A DNA stretch of 64,000 nucleotides from positions 11,822-75,821 of the forward strand of contig JAIBAJ010000002.1 in the NCBI GenBank assembly GCA_019695265.1, written 5' to 3'. The position numbers were made by a program, and so were the translations under genes. Under the pieces are notes generated by a model. It saw nothing but the letters and a program-made list of their open reading frames with translations. It searched no databases and was not told where the DNA came from. Shown piece by piece: positions 40,128 through 50,910 of the stretch (within the stretch, counting starts at the first letter, position 1; each line of letters opens with the position of its first letter). Source of the DNA: Bacteroidia bacterium (GTDB lineage: Bacteria > Bacteroidota > Bacteroidia > JAIBAJ01).

Positions 40128-43100
40128 TTATTTTGTCAGTTTTTTCTCTGTATCCGGATAAACATACAGTTTTCCGGTATATATATGACGCATGTCGTTG
40201 TTATCCAATATGTTAACCTTGTAAACATAAATATCCTGCTTGATCATCTTCCCTTCACTCGAATTCTTAAAATCCCTTACTGACCCATCCCATGTTTCTT
40301 CAGGATTTTTTGACCTGAATATTTCTTCTCCCCACCTGTTGAAAATCTGTAATTCGTAGGTCTTTATTGCCATTCCTTTCCCTCCCCAAATTTCATTTTT
40401 CAAATCATGATTAGGTGTAAATGCATTCGGAATATACCAGGCAAAGTCCGGAACCACATGAACATACCTTGAAATTGTATCTAAGCATCCAAATTCAGTT
40501 ACTGCGGTTAGAAACAAATGATACATTCCTGTATCGTTATAAATATGTTCAATTAAATCGTTCAAATTGTCAGTATTCCCATCTCCATAATCGATAGTAC
40601 ATGAATTCCAGCCTAAACTCTCATTTACAATTATTACAGAAGGATTCAAAATTCCAACCGTTTCTTTGTCTGTTGAAAAATCTGCAGTAGGCAATGGATG
40701 AACCGTAACCGCATCTGCCGCAACCAATGTATCTATGCAACCATCAATGCTTTTAACAATTAAGGTAATATCATACAAGCCTGTTGGGAAATCTTCGGGT
40801 CCTGGTGCTAAATCGTCCGATGTATTTCCATTGCTAAAATCCCAGAAATAATCGATGATTTGATGAGGAGGATTGATTGGTGAAGATCCGCTAGAGAATC
40901 GAACGGTGTGTACATCACATCCTTCATCATCATCCATCACAAAATCAGCCTGTGGTATCGGATTCACTTCCACCGGAGTATTTGCCATTCCAATACAGCC
41001 CTGATCCGAAATTACCGTTAATGTTGTGGCATAGGTACCTGCGGCAGGATATAAATGGCTGGTAGAATCCCCACTAAATGTAGTATTATCTCCAAAATCA
41101 AATAAATATGAATTAATGCTGCCATAACTAATGGTGGAGGTTGATTCAAAAATCATAGGTACTTTGTCGCAAACATCTGGTGATGTAAAACTGGCAATAG
41201 GTAGAGGATAAATTTTCACCTCTTGTATCATAGTGTCTTTGCACTGTGAAAAATTCTCAACAATCAATCGAACCATAAATCCTGTATCAGGTTTTGATCC
41301 TATATAAGCATGAACTGGATTATACACAGGGTCTTGGACCGTCGCAATGGGTGGCTCTCCAAAATCCCACTCCCTTAGGGTAATTACATCGTTGGGATTG
41401 GTTGAATTATCTATAAATGTAATGGGTGTTCCTTGACATAAATCCAATGAAGAAACCGTAAAACTAGCGGTTGGCTTTTCAGATACAACTACATCTTTGG
41501 TAACCGTAGATGTACAAAGGCCGGCAACAACATCCAATGTAACAGTAAAGGTTCCTGGACCTAAGTAATTATGAACCGGATCATGAGCTACCGAAAAGGT
41601 TCCATCTCCGAACGACCAGGTTTGGGTGGTTCCAATTGCTGGAATAGTGGTATTGGTGAATATGGCATTATCCTGAGGATCACAAATTGGAACCGGAGTA
41701 GTAAAATTTGCTACCGGTAAGGGTTGAACATAGATTGATTCGGAATAAGATGCACTACATTGATTTCCGTCTACAATAGTTAAAACTGCTGTGCAATTGG
41801 TATTACTCGAAAATGTATGAGAAGCATTAGCTGTTGTATATAGGCCTCCTGGAGGATTGATTTGCCATCTAAAGGTCATGGCAGGATCAGTAGGTGTTGT
41901 ATTATAAAAATTTGTTGGTGTTCCAATACATGAAGTGTCGTAAATAAATGATGGTATCGGGTTGGGATAAATGGTCAACGGCTGTGTTACACTACCGGGG
42001 CAGCTTTCAATAGTAACTACCGATAAGGTAACATTGTAAGTACCGCTGGCTAAATAAGGATGTGAGGTAATTTGTCCGGTCCCAAATGGATTTGTTCCAT
42101 CCCCAAAATCCCAGGTATAGTTTGCAATGGTGGATGGTGTTGGCACAGTGGAGGTGCTTTGAAAACTGATGAGTGAGTTTGGGCATTGTCCAATACCTCC
42201 TGTAGTAGAAGTCGTGAAACTTACGGTTGGATTGGCATAAACAGTCGCTGTTCCGGTCCTGGTAACCGAACATCCGGATGGAGTTGTTGCCGTTACTGAA
42301 TAGTTTTGTTGACCTGCCGAAGCATAGGTATGCGATAAATCAGATCCGTTTTGAACAGGTGAACCATCACCAAAATCATAACTAACACTGTAGGTGTCTG
42401 TACATCCTCCGGTGAAAAATACTGTTTCATCAAATACAACAGGAGCTCCTTCGCATGGAGATGATTGGGTTACCGTTAAATCGGGTAATCCGGTTACATC
42501 TAAAATCCTACTCGTACTTGCCATACATCCACCATCCGTATTTACGGTTAAGGTAACTGTAATTTGACCGCAGTTGGTTACATTAATTACAGGATTCTGT
42601 AACCCTGAATGAATCGTTAAGCTTCCAAAATCCCAGTCATACGACTGAATACTACCTAAACTAACTGTGCTATTGTCTACAAAAGCTGCTGCCGAATTTT
42701 CGCAAATTCCTCCTGGAGTAGTAAAGTCAGCAACAGGTACCGGACTTACCTGAAATTCTGTACCCGATATGGTCGTGGCTATTCCGGGTGTTTGTAAGGA
42801 TACATTGGTTCCTGTCTGTCCATTGGTCATATTGGGTTGTCCTCCGGTTCCGGCATTGCCAAATCCAACGTCAATTCCTAATCCCGGACCATTGCTTACG
42901 GTATAAAATCGTTTAACACGTCCCCCACTGCCTCCTCCTCCTCCTTCCACATTCACAGAACTTGCACCATTACCACCTTTGCAGGTTATTGTCCCTGTTC
43001 CATTAATGTAAATACCTTGCAATAATACACCTCCTCCCGATCCTCCTCCTTCACTTTCTTTTTGGGGATCATTGCAGCCGGTCGCATTTTGCCCATTCAT

Positions 43101-43991
43101 CGAAATGTTCCCATTCACATTGATAACCAATCCTGTTGCGGTAAAAGCACCACCTCCCGCTGCCGATGCCGGACATTCAGAACCTCCTCCTCCTGATCCC
43201 ATATCGATATCATTGGCATTCGCCGTTCCATATGGTTGTCCTGCATTCGATGGAGTCGAAATCCCTCCTCGTCCACCAAAATTACCATATCCTCCGCCTC
43301 CGCCTCCAATCGTAGAAAACCCATCACCTCCTAATCCCAATCCGGCTGGTGGTCCGGGCGGACCGCTCGCTGGTCCATAACCTTTCCCATTCCCATCAAT
43401 ATTACCTAAAATATTGATTTTTTTTCCATTAAAAACCAATGGTTGCTGAGGATTTAAACTAACTGTAACCCCGGCATTCACCGTAATTCGATCATAGTTT
43501 TGAACACCACTTAAAGTCTGATTCGATGAAATAGTTAAACTGGTCGAAAAAAATGCATTGCAATTTGTCCCGGAAGGAGCAGCCGCATTGTCATAATACA
43601 TATAAATGTCTAAAGTCGCACCTGAAGCTATGGATGGTAAACTTATCCAAATCTCTGTCTGTGTCGTGTTTATTCCACTTTCAATACAAAATGGTAAAGG
43701 ATTTCCACAGGGAGAATCTAAAAATCGAAGATCATTTCCGTTAGCCTGTAATTTTCCCGCAGCAATCAAAGCTTGGGTGTTTATATAAAAAATATGTGGC
43801 GCACCTGCAACGGATGCATTCCCGTTTTCATTCTTAAATTGAATTAATTGGTAATGCTTCCAAGGGGTATAATCACAACAAGTTGCCGGATTGTTAATTT
43901 GTGAATAGGCAATTGGTCTGTATGCCCATAAACAGATTAACAGAAGGGAAATATATCTAAGGTTTTTCTGCACTTTTTCGGTAATGTGCAA
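40128..43991 (-). CDS. Large secreted protein with a glycine-rich beta-helix-like region, multiple PKD domains and a T9SS type-B C-terminal domain
   Basis: 1287 aa with a signal peptide. A Gly-rich stretch (GGGGGYGNFGGRGG...GGGGGSGG) lies at about 42840-43400. PKD repeats include WDFGDGT and YDFGDGS. The C-terminal domain reads AWYIPNAFTPN...ELQIFNRWGEEIF...WDG...DIYVYKV. Confidence 0.75.
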   Translation of the reverse strand: MHITEKVQKNLRYISLLLICLWAYRPIAYSQINNPATCCDYTPWKHYQLIQFKNENGNASVAGAPHIFYINTQALIAAGKLQANGNDLRFLDSPCGNPLPFCIESGINTTQTEIWISLPSIASGATLDIYMYYDNAAAPSGTNCNAFFSTSLTISSNQTLSGVQNYDRITVNAGVTVSLNPQQPLVFNGKKINILGNIDGNGKGYGPASGPPGPPAGLGLGGDGFSTIGGGGGGYGNFGGRGGISTPSNAGQPYGTANANDIDMGSGGGGSECPASAAGGGAFTATGLVINVNGNISMNGQNATGCNDPQKESEGGGSGGGVLLQGIYINGTGTITCKGGNGASSVNVEGGGGGSGGRVKRFYTVSNGPGLGIDVGFGNAGTGGQPNMTNGQTGTNVSLQTPGIATTISGTEFQVSPVPVADFTTPGGICENSAAAFVDNSTVSLGSIQSYDWDFGSLTIHSGLQNPVINVTNCGQITVTLTVNTDGGCMASTSRILDVTGLPDLTVTQSSPCEGAPVVFDETVFFTGGCTDTYSVSYDFGDGSPVQNGSDLSHTYASAGQQNYSVTATTPSGCSVTRTGTATVYANPTVSFTTSTTGGIGQCPNSLISFQSTSTVPTPSTIANYTWDFGDGTNPFGTGQITSHPYLASGTYNVTLSVVTIESCPGSVTQPLTIYPNPIPSFIYDTSCIGTPTNFYNTTPTDPAMTFRWQINPPGGLYTTANASHTFSSNTNCTAVLTIVDGNQCSASYSESIYVQPLPVANFTTPVPICDPQDNAIFTNTTIPAIGTTQTWSFGDGTFSVAHDPVHNYLGPGTFTVTLDVVAGLCTSTVTKDVVVSEKPTASFTVSSLDLCQGTPITFIDNSTNPNDVITLREWDFGEPPIATVQDPVYNPVHAYIGSKPDTGFMVRLIVENFSQCKDTMIQEVKIYPLPIASFTSPDVCDKVPMIFESTSTISYGSINSYLFDFGDNTTFSGDSTSHLYPAAGTYATTLTVISDQGCIGMANTPVEVNPIPQADFVMDDDEGCDVHTVRFSSGSSPINPPHQIIDYFWDFSNGNTSDDLAPGPEDFPTGLYDITLIVKSIDGCIDTLVAADAVTVHPLPTADFSTDKETVGILNPSVIIVNESLGWNSCTIDYGDGNTDNLNDLIEHIYNDTGMYHLFLTAVTEFGCLDTISRYVHVVPDFAWYIPNAFTPNHDLKNEIWGGKGMAIKTYELQIFNRWGEEIFRSKNPEETWDGSVRDFKNSSEGKMIKQDIYVYKVNILDNNDMRHIYTGKLYVYPDTEKKLTK

Positions 43992-44206
43992 ATCTAATCA
44001 TTATAACCATTCCAACAATTACATTTTTCTAATTTTGTCGGTCAAAACTGCTTAAATTTTCATTCTTCATTAAACTTTAAAGGTTCATCGTGTCGGGTTT
44101 TAACACTTTACATGCTATTTATTGAGTTCTATCACTGTTCTCCCGTCGTTTTCTTTCTTCTTTTTGACTAGTTTTTTATCTATTTCTAAGTTGGATGCGG
44201 GCCCCC

Positions 44207-44345
44207 TTCCGCCATCCTAAAAATGTGCCAATCCCCGAATAGAGTGCCTGGCGTTCGGGTCACGCTTTCGGCTGTAGTCCTCGTCCCCCTAGGCTAACGC
44301 CGTCGGTGTCCTGTGGGCTACTTGCCTCTATCGTTGCCCGAGGTG
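44207..44345 (-). repeat. E-family structured intergenic repeat, long variant (E6)
   Basis: The reverse complement reads ctcgggcaacgatagaggcaagtagcccacaggacaccgacggcgttagcctagggggacgaggactacagccgaaagcgtgacccgaacgcc...ggcggaagggggcccgc. This is near-identical to E5 across the variable hairpin. Confidence 0.8.
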
Positions 44346-44608
44346 CAAAACCCAATTGCCGTGCATAGACTTGATGTTTTTCAAGTTATTTTTGGTTGTT
44401 TTGTGTCAATTCCTTTATGTACTTAAGTGTTAACTCCATTTAATGTAAATCCGTGGTTGGTTTAATAAATTGGTTCATGCACAAAGACCCGGAGGTTCCG
44501 TGTTTTATGAATATTAACTCCTTCCTTCTGAAATAAAAGGTTATCCTAATTTTCGCCCATTTCCTGTTACATTAAAGGATTCCGTCTATCTCCGGTTTTT
44601 ATTGTCGA

Positions 44609-45343
44609 ATGGATTTTTTGGTTGCTTCAGTCGATTTTTTGATTTTGACCGGTTCACCTTGTTTGTATATTTGGCAAGTGAGAATTATACTATTTCTATG
44701 GGCTTTTATGTTGTTTCCCTTCCAAGGATTCAATCAATATTATAGCGGAGAGCGAACTAAAGTTGAATGGAATGGCGATTTTGAATTTCTCGAAGGTATC
44801 TATTTGGTTATTAATGACTTTAGGGCCAACGACCCATTGCCGGCCGACAGTGTTTTAAGTGACTTTAATTCTGAAGAAGAAGATTTCTTAAAAAATGTTC
44901 TGGAGCAAAAGGAGTTGGTTTATTCATATAATTTACACATTAATCGAATATTGACAGATAAGGTTTGGGGGTATTGTAGCAATGGGAATGTATATATTCA
45001 AATTCAAGGATCATTTCATCGCATAATGACCATTGGTAGCCTATGTCAATTTGTGGCTACTATTACTACTTATGTACCGGTAAATAATAATGGATTTTAC
45101 CCTGGAACTCCCTACATGGGAGGTGTTACCTATGTTCCTTCTACAGAAATTAAGAAGATGTTGTTGGATTATAATACAGGTAAAACCGTCGAGTTTACTA
45201 CGGATAATCTGGAGGAATATTTACAGCGAATACCCGGACTTGCTAAGGAGTTTAGTGCTTTAAGCCAAAAAAAGAAAAAGGAAATGCTTCATTCGTTTCT
45301 AAATAGATACAATGAAGCATTTCCTTTATTTATTCCGGAATAA
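44609..45343 (+). CDS. Hypothetical protein
   Basis: 244-aa ORF with a hydrophobic N-terminal segment. No motif recognised. It sits inside a repeat-dense island. Confidence 0.35.
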   Translation: MDFLVASVDFLILTGSPCLYIWQVRIILFLWAFMLFPFQGFNQYYSGERTKVEWNGDFEFLEGIYLVINDFRANDPLPADSVLSDFNSEEEDFLKNVLEQKELVYSYNLHINRILTDKVWGYCSNGNVYIQIQGSFHRIMTIGSLCQFVATITTYVPVNNNGFYPGTPYMGGVTYVPSTEIKKMLLDYNTGKTVEFTTDNLEEYLQRIPGLAKEFSALSQKKKKEMLHSFLNRYNEAFPLFIPE

Positions 45344-45532
45344 GCAGGTTGTTTCCAGTTCTGTAATGAAGCAACTGCTGTATTTCAAACATCACCATTG
45401 GTGCTTTCCGGAACGCTGAAATGGAAGAAAAGCTTATAAAAAATAGAAGATACTTTACTTCTGTTCGAGTGTTTTCTGTTTTGATTAAAATTTATAATAT
45501 GAATTAGTGGAGTGATTTTGGAATGTCACAAA

Positions 45533-46147
45533 CTAAGGGTTAAAACTTACCAATTCCATTTTGTAATCAGTAAACATGCCTGGGTTACCGTTGGTATGTT
45601 CATCATATTCTTCCTGGTAAATAAAAATACCTTGATTGGAATTGAAATAATTTACTCCTTCGAGGCTATTGGTATCGTAATTTTCAATTTTTAAGCAGTT
45701 GGAAATAGTTCCTGCAGCAACGGTTATGGATTGGTCCACAGCCACAACCTTCATCGTGTCTACACTTCCGTCAGTAACCAAGGTGGTGTAGCTTTCTCCT
45801 ACCACCGCAGGATCTTTTATCCATAAAGTTGGTGTCGAAGTACCCGGGTTAATTTTCCACCAACCATCCGATCTTTTTTGGAAATAGGATACCACCGCCT
45901 GGTCTTCTGTACGAGTCAGTTTTAACCAGTTGCTTCCTTGAATGCTAGTGTCTGAGGCTAGTAAATGAAAATCCATTGTGGATTCAATGCTTCCGTCCTC
46001 GTTAAGATCGGTCATACGTAAAACCCAGGTACTACCGGCTTTGGGTTCTGATGCAGTGGGTGTGGTGTTTTCGTCCTCGTCCTTTTTGCAGGAATTAAGC
46101 AAGGAAAGTCCTAAAAGGCAGGAAAAAAGAATAGTTGATTTTTTCAT
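45533..46147 (-). CDS. Hypothetical lipoprotein
   Basis: Signal peptide plus lipobox (LSLLNSC). 204 aa with no recognisable catalytic motif. Confidence 0.5.
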   Translation of the reverse strand: MKKSTILFSCLLGLSLLNSCKKDEDENTTPTASEPKAGSTWVLRMTDLNEDGSIESTMDFHLLASDTSIQGSNWLKLTRTEDQAVVSYFQKRSDGWWKINPGTSTPTLWIKDPAVVGESYTTLVTDGSVDTMKVVAVDQSITVAAGTISNCLKIENYDTNSLEGVNYFNSNQGIFIYQEEYDEHTNGNPGMFTDYKMELVSFNP

Positions 46148-46373
46148 GTTGAATTAGATTGTTGGTGCAAAATTCAACCGGAATTAAAAAAAAATCAATA
46201 CGAAAAAAGTAGTATTTCTTAGTTGAGAACTATAGATGGGTAGCTTATACAGAAAGTGCCAGTTAAGTGTGTCGGAAACAGTGAAGATATTGCCATATTT
46301 CGGAATAACAATTAGCAGCATCAGATTACTGACTTCTTTACAAAACCTCAAGTAATTTAACCTAAAATCTGCA

Positions 46374-46450
46374 ATAGAATTCAATTACGGCTTACAATTG
46401 TTTCAAATACAAGTGTTTCAGAACAATTTTTGACTTCAAAATAGTTTGGT
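46374..46450 (+). repeat. R3 short intergenic repeat, copy 2
   Basis: atagaattcaattacggcttacaa...caaatacaagtgtttcagaacaatttttgacttcaaaatagttt. The E7 repeat starts 25 nt downstream of it. Confidence 0.7.
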
Positions 46451-46475
46451 AAAGAAATTTCAGGCTGAGGTTTCG

Positions 46476-46620
46476 ACTCGGGCAACGATAGAGGCAAGTA
46501 GCTCCAAGCCAACGCAGCGTTTAGCGGAGTTGGCGCGGACTACAGCCGATAGCGTGACCCGAACGCCCATGCAAGTTGGTTTGGGTTTAGCAAATAGATA
46601 GTAGGGCGAAGGGGGCCCGC
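46476..46620 (+). repeat. E-family structured intergenic repeat, long variant (E7)
   Basis: ctcgggcaacgatagaggcaagtagc...gcggactacagccgatagcgtgacccgaacgcccatgcaag...gggcgaagggggcccgc. The apical hairpin gccaac...gttggc differs from the other copies but keeps the pairing. Confidence 0.8.
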
Positions 46621-46767
46621 ATGATAAGTATAATAAAATATAAAGGATTGGTGAAGATAGACTTCTTTAGAATGAATGAGTTAATATTTTATGCTTTTAT
46701 AATTTTAATATTTTTTCTACAGTTTACAGGAATTATTTTTTATAAATAATGTAATTTTAAGTATTTA

Positions 46768-47502
46768 TTATAGTCCAAGAACTGACTTTATTTCCTGATA
46801 TCCTGTTCTACTAAGTGGAATTTTATCTTTATTAATCAGCAAGGCGATATGGCTGTTTTTTTCCATGGTTTCAATTTTGTTAATGGCCTTTAACTGAACC
46901 AGATAAGATCTGTGAACTCGTACAAAATCTTGTTTGCTTAAGATGTTTTCGAAATGTTGGAGTGTCTTTTTTTTCAAGAAAACCCCATCCTTGGTGTGAA
47001 TCTTTACATAATCATCATAAGCTTCCAAATACAGAACTTCTTGAATGGGAATAATTTTAATATTTCCTGCAAATTTTACTACTATTCGGTTAGTTTCCTC
47101 AGCATGACTCAAATGATTATGCTTTATTTCTGGCTCAATTTCAATTGCTTGTTGGGTAGATTTCCATTTTTGAATGGCCTTGTTGAATCTTTCCTTTCCA
47201 ATTGGTTTTAGCAGGTAGTCAATTGCCTGAGCTTCAAAAGCTTGAAAGGCATATTCGTCGTATGCAGTTGTGAAAATGACACTTGGTTTAAAATCGAGCA
47301 ATTCAAGCATTTCAAATCCGTTTATTTTAGGCATTTGAACATCAAGGAATACCAATTGTGGCTGTAAGTCCTGGATAGCTTTTACGCCTTCAAACCCATT
47401 GTTACATTCCTTTATCACCTCAAATTCCGGAAAAGAAGCCAAAAATTCCTTAATAAGTTCCCTGGCTAGAGGCTCATCATCAATCAAAATTGTTTTTATC
47501 AT
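46768..47502 (-). CDS. LytTR-family two-component response regulator
   Basis: REC domain (ILIDDEP...VFLDVQMP) plus a C-terminal LytTR DNA-binding domain. Confidence 0.85.
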   Translation of the reverse strand: MIKTILIDDEPLARELIKEFLASFPEFEVIKECNNGFEGVKAIQDLQPQLVFLDVQMPKINGFEMLELLDFKPSVIFTTAYDEYAFQAFEAQAIDYLLKPIGKERFNKAIQKWKSTQQAIEIEPEIKHNHLSHAEETNRIVVKFAGNIKIIPIQEVLYLEAYDDYVKIHTKDGVFLKKKTLQHFENILSKQDFVRVHRSYLVQLKAINKIETMEKNSHIALLINKDKIPLSRTGYQEIKSVLGL

Positions 47503-48536
47503 AGTTGTTGAGGTATGGTGAGTATCGTTTGAAAGGTATTTTCATTAACCTGAATATCGAGCAAATCGGAGCGAGAAAATAGAAGGAATAGCCTCCGTTG
47601 AATGGACTTTAATCCGAAACCAGTTCCGGCTTTAGGGTTAGTAGTTTCGGAATCGAATGAATTAATTATTCGAATTATCAGGTATGGTCCGTCTTTTTCC
47701 GCACTTATTTCTATTTGGGTTTGGGCAATGGTATCGTAAATTCCGAATTTCACTGCATTTTCTACTGCCGGTTGAAGCAATAATGGTGGAATTAGCAAAG
47801 AAAGGGTTTCATCAGCGCATTTTAATCTGACATCCAGTCTATTTCCAAAACGGTGTTTTTCAATTTCCAGATACCGTTTTACCTGGTTTAATTCTTCTTG
47901 GAATTCAACCAATTGGTTTTCATCCTTTTTAAGAGTTCCACGTAAGAAATCCGATAGTTTCAGAATCATTTCTCTTGCGGTTTGTGGCTGATTACCAATT
48001 AAGGAATAAATGGAATTTAGACTATTAAAGAGAAAATGGGGCTGTAATTGCTGCCGAAGGTTTGCCAATTCAGCTTCTTTTGCAAGTTCTTCGGTAAGAA
48101 GCTGGCGATGAGAAATTTCTTCCTGATTCTTAAGTAAACCGGAAAAAATTGTCCATAAACTGATGGTCATTAACATAAGTAAGGAATAAACCCAAATGAA
48201 TGGTATCCATGGGGCGAATTCGATTTTAGGAAGCGCAAACAGTACCTGAGTTTCAAGGGAAAGTTGAATAAAACTTGTTAGGATTAAAAAGCTAATTAAG
48301 AGGTTTCCGGTTAATTGGAAGAGAATGTTTTTTTTTCCGATATTAATAAAGTTAGCTATTTGTCCGGTTATATAATTAGTTAATGCCAGTAAGAAATGTA
48401 GTATTAGTGCCGGGTAAAAACTTTGCTCCCAATTGAGCCCGGTTCTATGCCAAACAAAAACCCATATAATGGTCCAACCTAGCCACCAAGGTATAAAATA
48501 CTTCCACTGTGAACTTTTGGATGTCATGCTTTTCAT
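47499..48536 (-). CDS. Sensor histidine kinase, LytS/YehU-like (His_kinase PF06580 type)
   Basis: Membrane-spanning N-terminal region, then QLQPHFLFNSLNSI with the phospho-acceptor His, then an HATPase-like C-terminus. Overlaps the regulator gene by 4 nt. Confidence 0.8.
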   Translation of the reverse strand: MKSMTSKSSQWKYFIPWWLGWTIIWVFVWHRTGLNWEQSFYPALILHFLLALTNYITGQIANFINIGKKNILFQLTGNLLISFLILTSFIQLSLETQVLFALPKIEFAPWIPFIWVYSLLMLMTISLWTIFSGLLKNQEEISHRQLLTEELAKEAELANLRQQLQPHFLFNSLNSIYSLIGNQPQTAREMILKLSDFLRGTLKKDENQLVEFQEELNQVKRYLEIEKHRFGNRLDVRLKCADETLSLLIPPLLLQPAVENAVKFGIYDTIAQTQIEISAEKDGPYLIIRIINSFDSETTNPKAGTGFGLKSIQRRLFLLFSRSDLLDIQVNENTFQTILTIPQQL

Positions 48537-48621
48537 TAACTGGACTTTGTTATTGTATCGGTGTAAATGTTTACTATTTTTTTAATAACTGGTTTAATTA
48601 AGCTAAATCGGACAGGAATGG

Positions 48622-48972
48622 TTAAAGGCTGATGGATGTAAACAACTCAAGCCCATTGTTTTTTTGTTGTACCATTTGAAGGTAGCCTTCCGGATGGTAG
48701 GTTTCATGAGTTTGTGAAAAAATCAAACCTCCGTTGCTTAAGGTTTGAAGGGATGTAAGTTCAGAAACTCCGATAAAAATCCAGGAAACCAGGTTTTTGT
48801 TGGAATTCAAAAAGGTTGATTCTTCCTTTTTGCCGATTAAATGAGCATTGGATAAAGCTAAACCTGGGGTAGGAGCAGTAAATATCCTAAATTGTTCGTC
48901 AAATTGTTGGACGTCCTTATTATTTTGAACCTCAATTTTGAAAACGAGTTTTGCCAAGTAGTAGGAATTCAT
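48622..48972 (-). CDS. Hypothetical protein
   Basis: 116-aa ORF downstream of the histidine kinase. No motif recognised. Confidence 0.35.
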   Translation of the reverse strand: MNSYYLAKLVFKIEVQNNKDVQQFDEQFRIFTAPTPGLALSNAHLIGKKEESTFLNSNKNLVSWIFIGVSELTSLQTLSNGGLIFSQTHETYHPEGYLQMVQQKNNGLELFTSISL

Positions 48973-48983
48973 AGTTTATAAAA

Positions 48984-49811
48984 TTAATATGAATGGATTT
49001 CAATACCTCCGAAAACTGCTGCACCTTGAAGAACCAAAACTTTGGATTGATCGGAAAATTCATCTTTAAGAATTGGACGTTTATCTTCCACACTACCAAA
49101 AACAGCATCAAGTTCAGAATGTATTTCCCAATGGGGTGGAATTATTAGTTTGGTTCCTCCAAAAACCTGATTTACTTCTAACTCCACCCTTCCTTGGATA
49201 TCTGCCTGGCTTAAGTTTATTTCTGCACCACCAAATACAGCATTTACTTCTCCGCCTCTAAAGTTTTTAGAGATTATTTTTTTTTTTACTCCACCGAATA
49301 TGGAATTCACTTCGATGTAATTTTCGGGAGAGTAGTCGTTTTTATTAAATTCAGCTTGTGCTTTCCATTGTTGTTCCCAACGTTGCCACCGACGAGTATG
49401 CTTATAGTTATGACAATTTTGTTTTCTCCTGAAACTTCCACTTGGTTTAAACAAAACGTATAATCCAATCAGGATAATGACCAATGGCCAAACGAATTTA
49501 CCTATGATTAATGCTGGTAGAATGCTTTTGGTAAGGAATAAAGTTCCAATAACGACAAGGATAAAGCCACCGAAGAAATGCCGGATGGGGTTTTTTATCC
49601 AAATGGATAATCCGATTACAATGAGAAGCATGGGCCAAGAAATGAGCCAATGCGGAATGTTCATGCCAAGTTCTTTTAGCAGAAATAGTACCCCAACCGA
49701 TAGGATAATGAATCCGGTAAAAACTTTACTTCGTTTGTGGGATTTTTCTTGTTCCCTCCAAAATTGATTGGGGGTGTTTTGATTTTTTTGTTCTGGGTCT
49801 ATAATTTCCAT
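48984..49811 (-). CDS. LiaF-like / DUF2154-type membrane protein (PspC-like TM region plus a C-terminal beta-helix repeat domain)
   Basis: Two pairs of TM helices, then repeated VFGG/IFGG motifs (NSIFGGVKK, NAVFGGAEI, NQVFGGTKL, DAVFGSVE, AAVFGGIEI). Confidence 0.55.
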   Translation of the reverse strand: MEIIDPEQKNQNTPNQFWREQEKSHKRSKVFTGFIILSVGVLFLLKELGMNIPHWLISWPMLLIVIGLSIWIKNPIRHFFGGFILVVIGTLFLTKSILPALIIGKFVWPLVIILIGLYVLFKPSGSFRRKQNCHNYKHTRRWQRWEQQWKAQAEFNKNDYSPENYIEVNSIFGGVKKKIISKNFRGGEVNAVFGGAEINLSQADIQGRVELEVNQVFGGTKLIIPPHWEIHSELDAVFGSVEDKRPILKDEFSDQSKVLVLQGAAVFGGIEIHSY

Positions 49812-50003
49812 TGTTTAAATATTTTTGACAAAGATGTGTTTACATTACAGGGTTTGTCAATAGGAATTAGGCGAACATAGGTTAAAAAGTCGGTAAATGG
49901 TACACTGAAGTCGGTAGGTTAATCAAAATAATTGAAGGGTAAAATGGGGATTTAACCAAAATTGTATTTGTTGGAGTCGAACATCTATTAAATTTGTAAA
50001 TCT

Positions 50004-50909
50004 ATGAAGGAAATCCAATCCCAAGAAATTCCGGTTTATACACTTATTGATCATTCTGAAAAAAAGGAGGTTCCATTTGAGTTTATAACGATGGAGGAAA
50101 TTGGTGCGCAACGTGAAGAAGAGAATCATGTGCCACATCGTCATGATTTTTTTGCAATTATCTGGGTAAAGAAGGGTAAGGGTAATCATTTAATAGATTA
50201 TACCAATTATTCCTTTGGCGACAATACTATTTTCTTTTTGGCTCCCGGACATGTTCATTTGGTTAAAGAAGAAATTCCATGCCAAGGCTATGTTATATTA
50301 TTTACGGAAGAATTTTTAGGATTAGTTCCGGATGGTGGTACTAGTGTCGCATGTTCCATGATATCCCAAGCTGTTGAATTTCCTTATATTGTTCCCAACG
50401 AAGAGGAATCTAGAGCTTTTCAAAAGGTAGTTGATTCCATAGGAGGAGAATTTAAAGCCAATGAATTAGGAAGAGATGAAATTATTAGGAGCCAGTTAAA
50501 GGTTTTTATGCTTTTGGTTGCCAGGCATCGGGATAGACTTAGTAAGCTAAGTGGGATAAATCCTTTGCATCCGACCAACGATTATTACCGCAATTTTTTG
50601 GTAAGTTTAGAGCGGAATTTTAAAAAGGTGCATAGTGTTTCTGCATATTCAGAGATGTTGCATATTACATCGGCCAAGCTAAACGAGTTAGTAAAATCAA
50701 ACAGAGGTACTACGGCAAGCCAGATGATTAAAGATCGCTTAATTTTAGAAGCTAAGCGAAATTTATCTCATACTGAAAAAACAGTCAAAGAAATTGCTTT
50801 CGAACTTGGCTTTGAGGATCATAGTTATTTTATTCGCACATTCAGAATAGAGACCGGAAAAACGCCTCAAGAATTTAGAGAGGAGCAACGATCCTTATGG
50901 GCTGCCTGA
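50004..50909 (+). CDS. AraC-family transcriptional regulator (cupin sensor plus HTH)
   Basis: N-terminal cupin-like domain. The C-terminal AraC HTH reads KEIAFELGFEDHSYFIRTFRIETGKTPQEFRE. Confidence 0.85.
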   Translation: MKEIQSQEIPVYTLIDHSEKKEVPFEFITMEEIGAQREEENHVPHRHDFFAIIWVKKGKGNHLIDYTNYSFGDNTIFFLAPGHVHLVKEEIPCQGYVILFTEEFLGLVPDGGTSVACSMISQAVEFPYIVPNEEESRAFQKVVDSIGGEFKANELGRDEIIRSQLKVFMLLVARHRDRLSKLSGINPLHPTNDYYRNFLVSLERNFKKVHSVSAYSEMLHITSAKLNELVKSNRGTTASQMIKDRLILEAKRNLSHTEKTVKEIAFELGFEDHSYFIRTFRIETGKTPQEFREEQRSLWAA

Positions 50910-50910
50910 T

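Noticed and set aside
43072-43380. Proline-rich 102-aa ORF (PPPPDPIS...PPPPPP) on the plus strand inside the 1287-aa gene
   Set aside because: It is the antisense reading of the glycine-rich GGN-codon region of the large secreted protein. GGN codons read as NCC proline codons on the other strand. This is a mirror artefact, not a gene.
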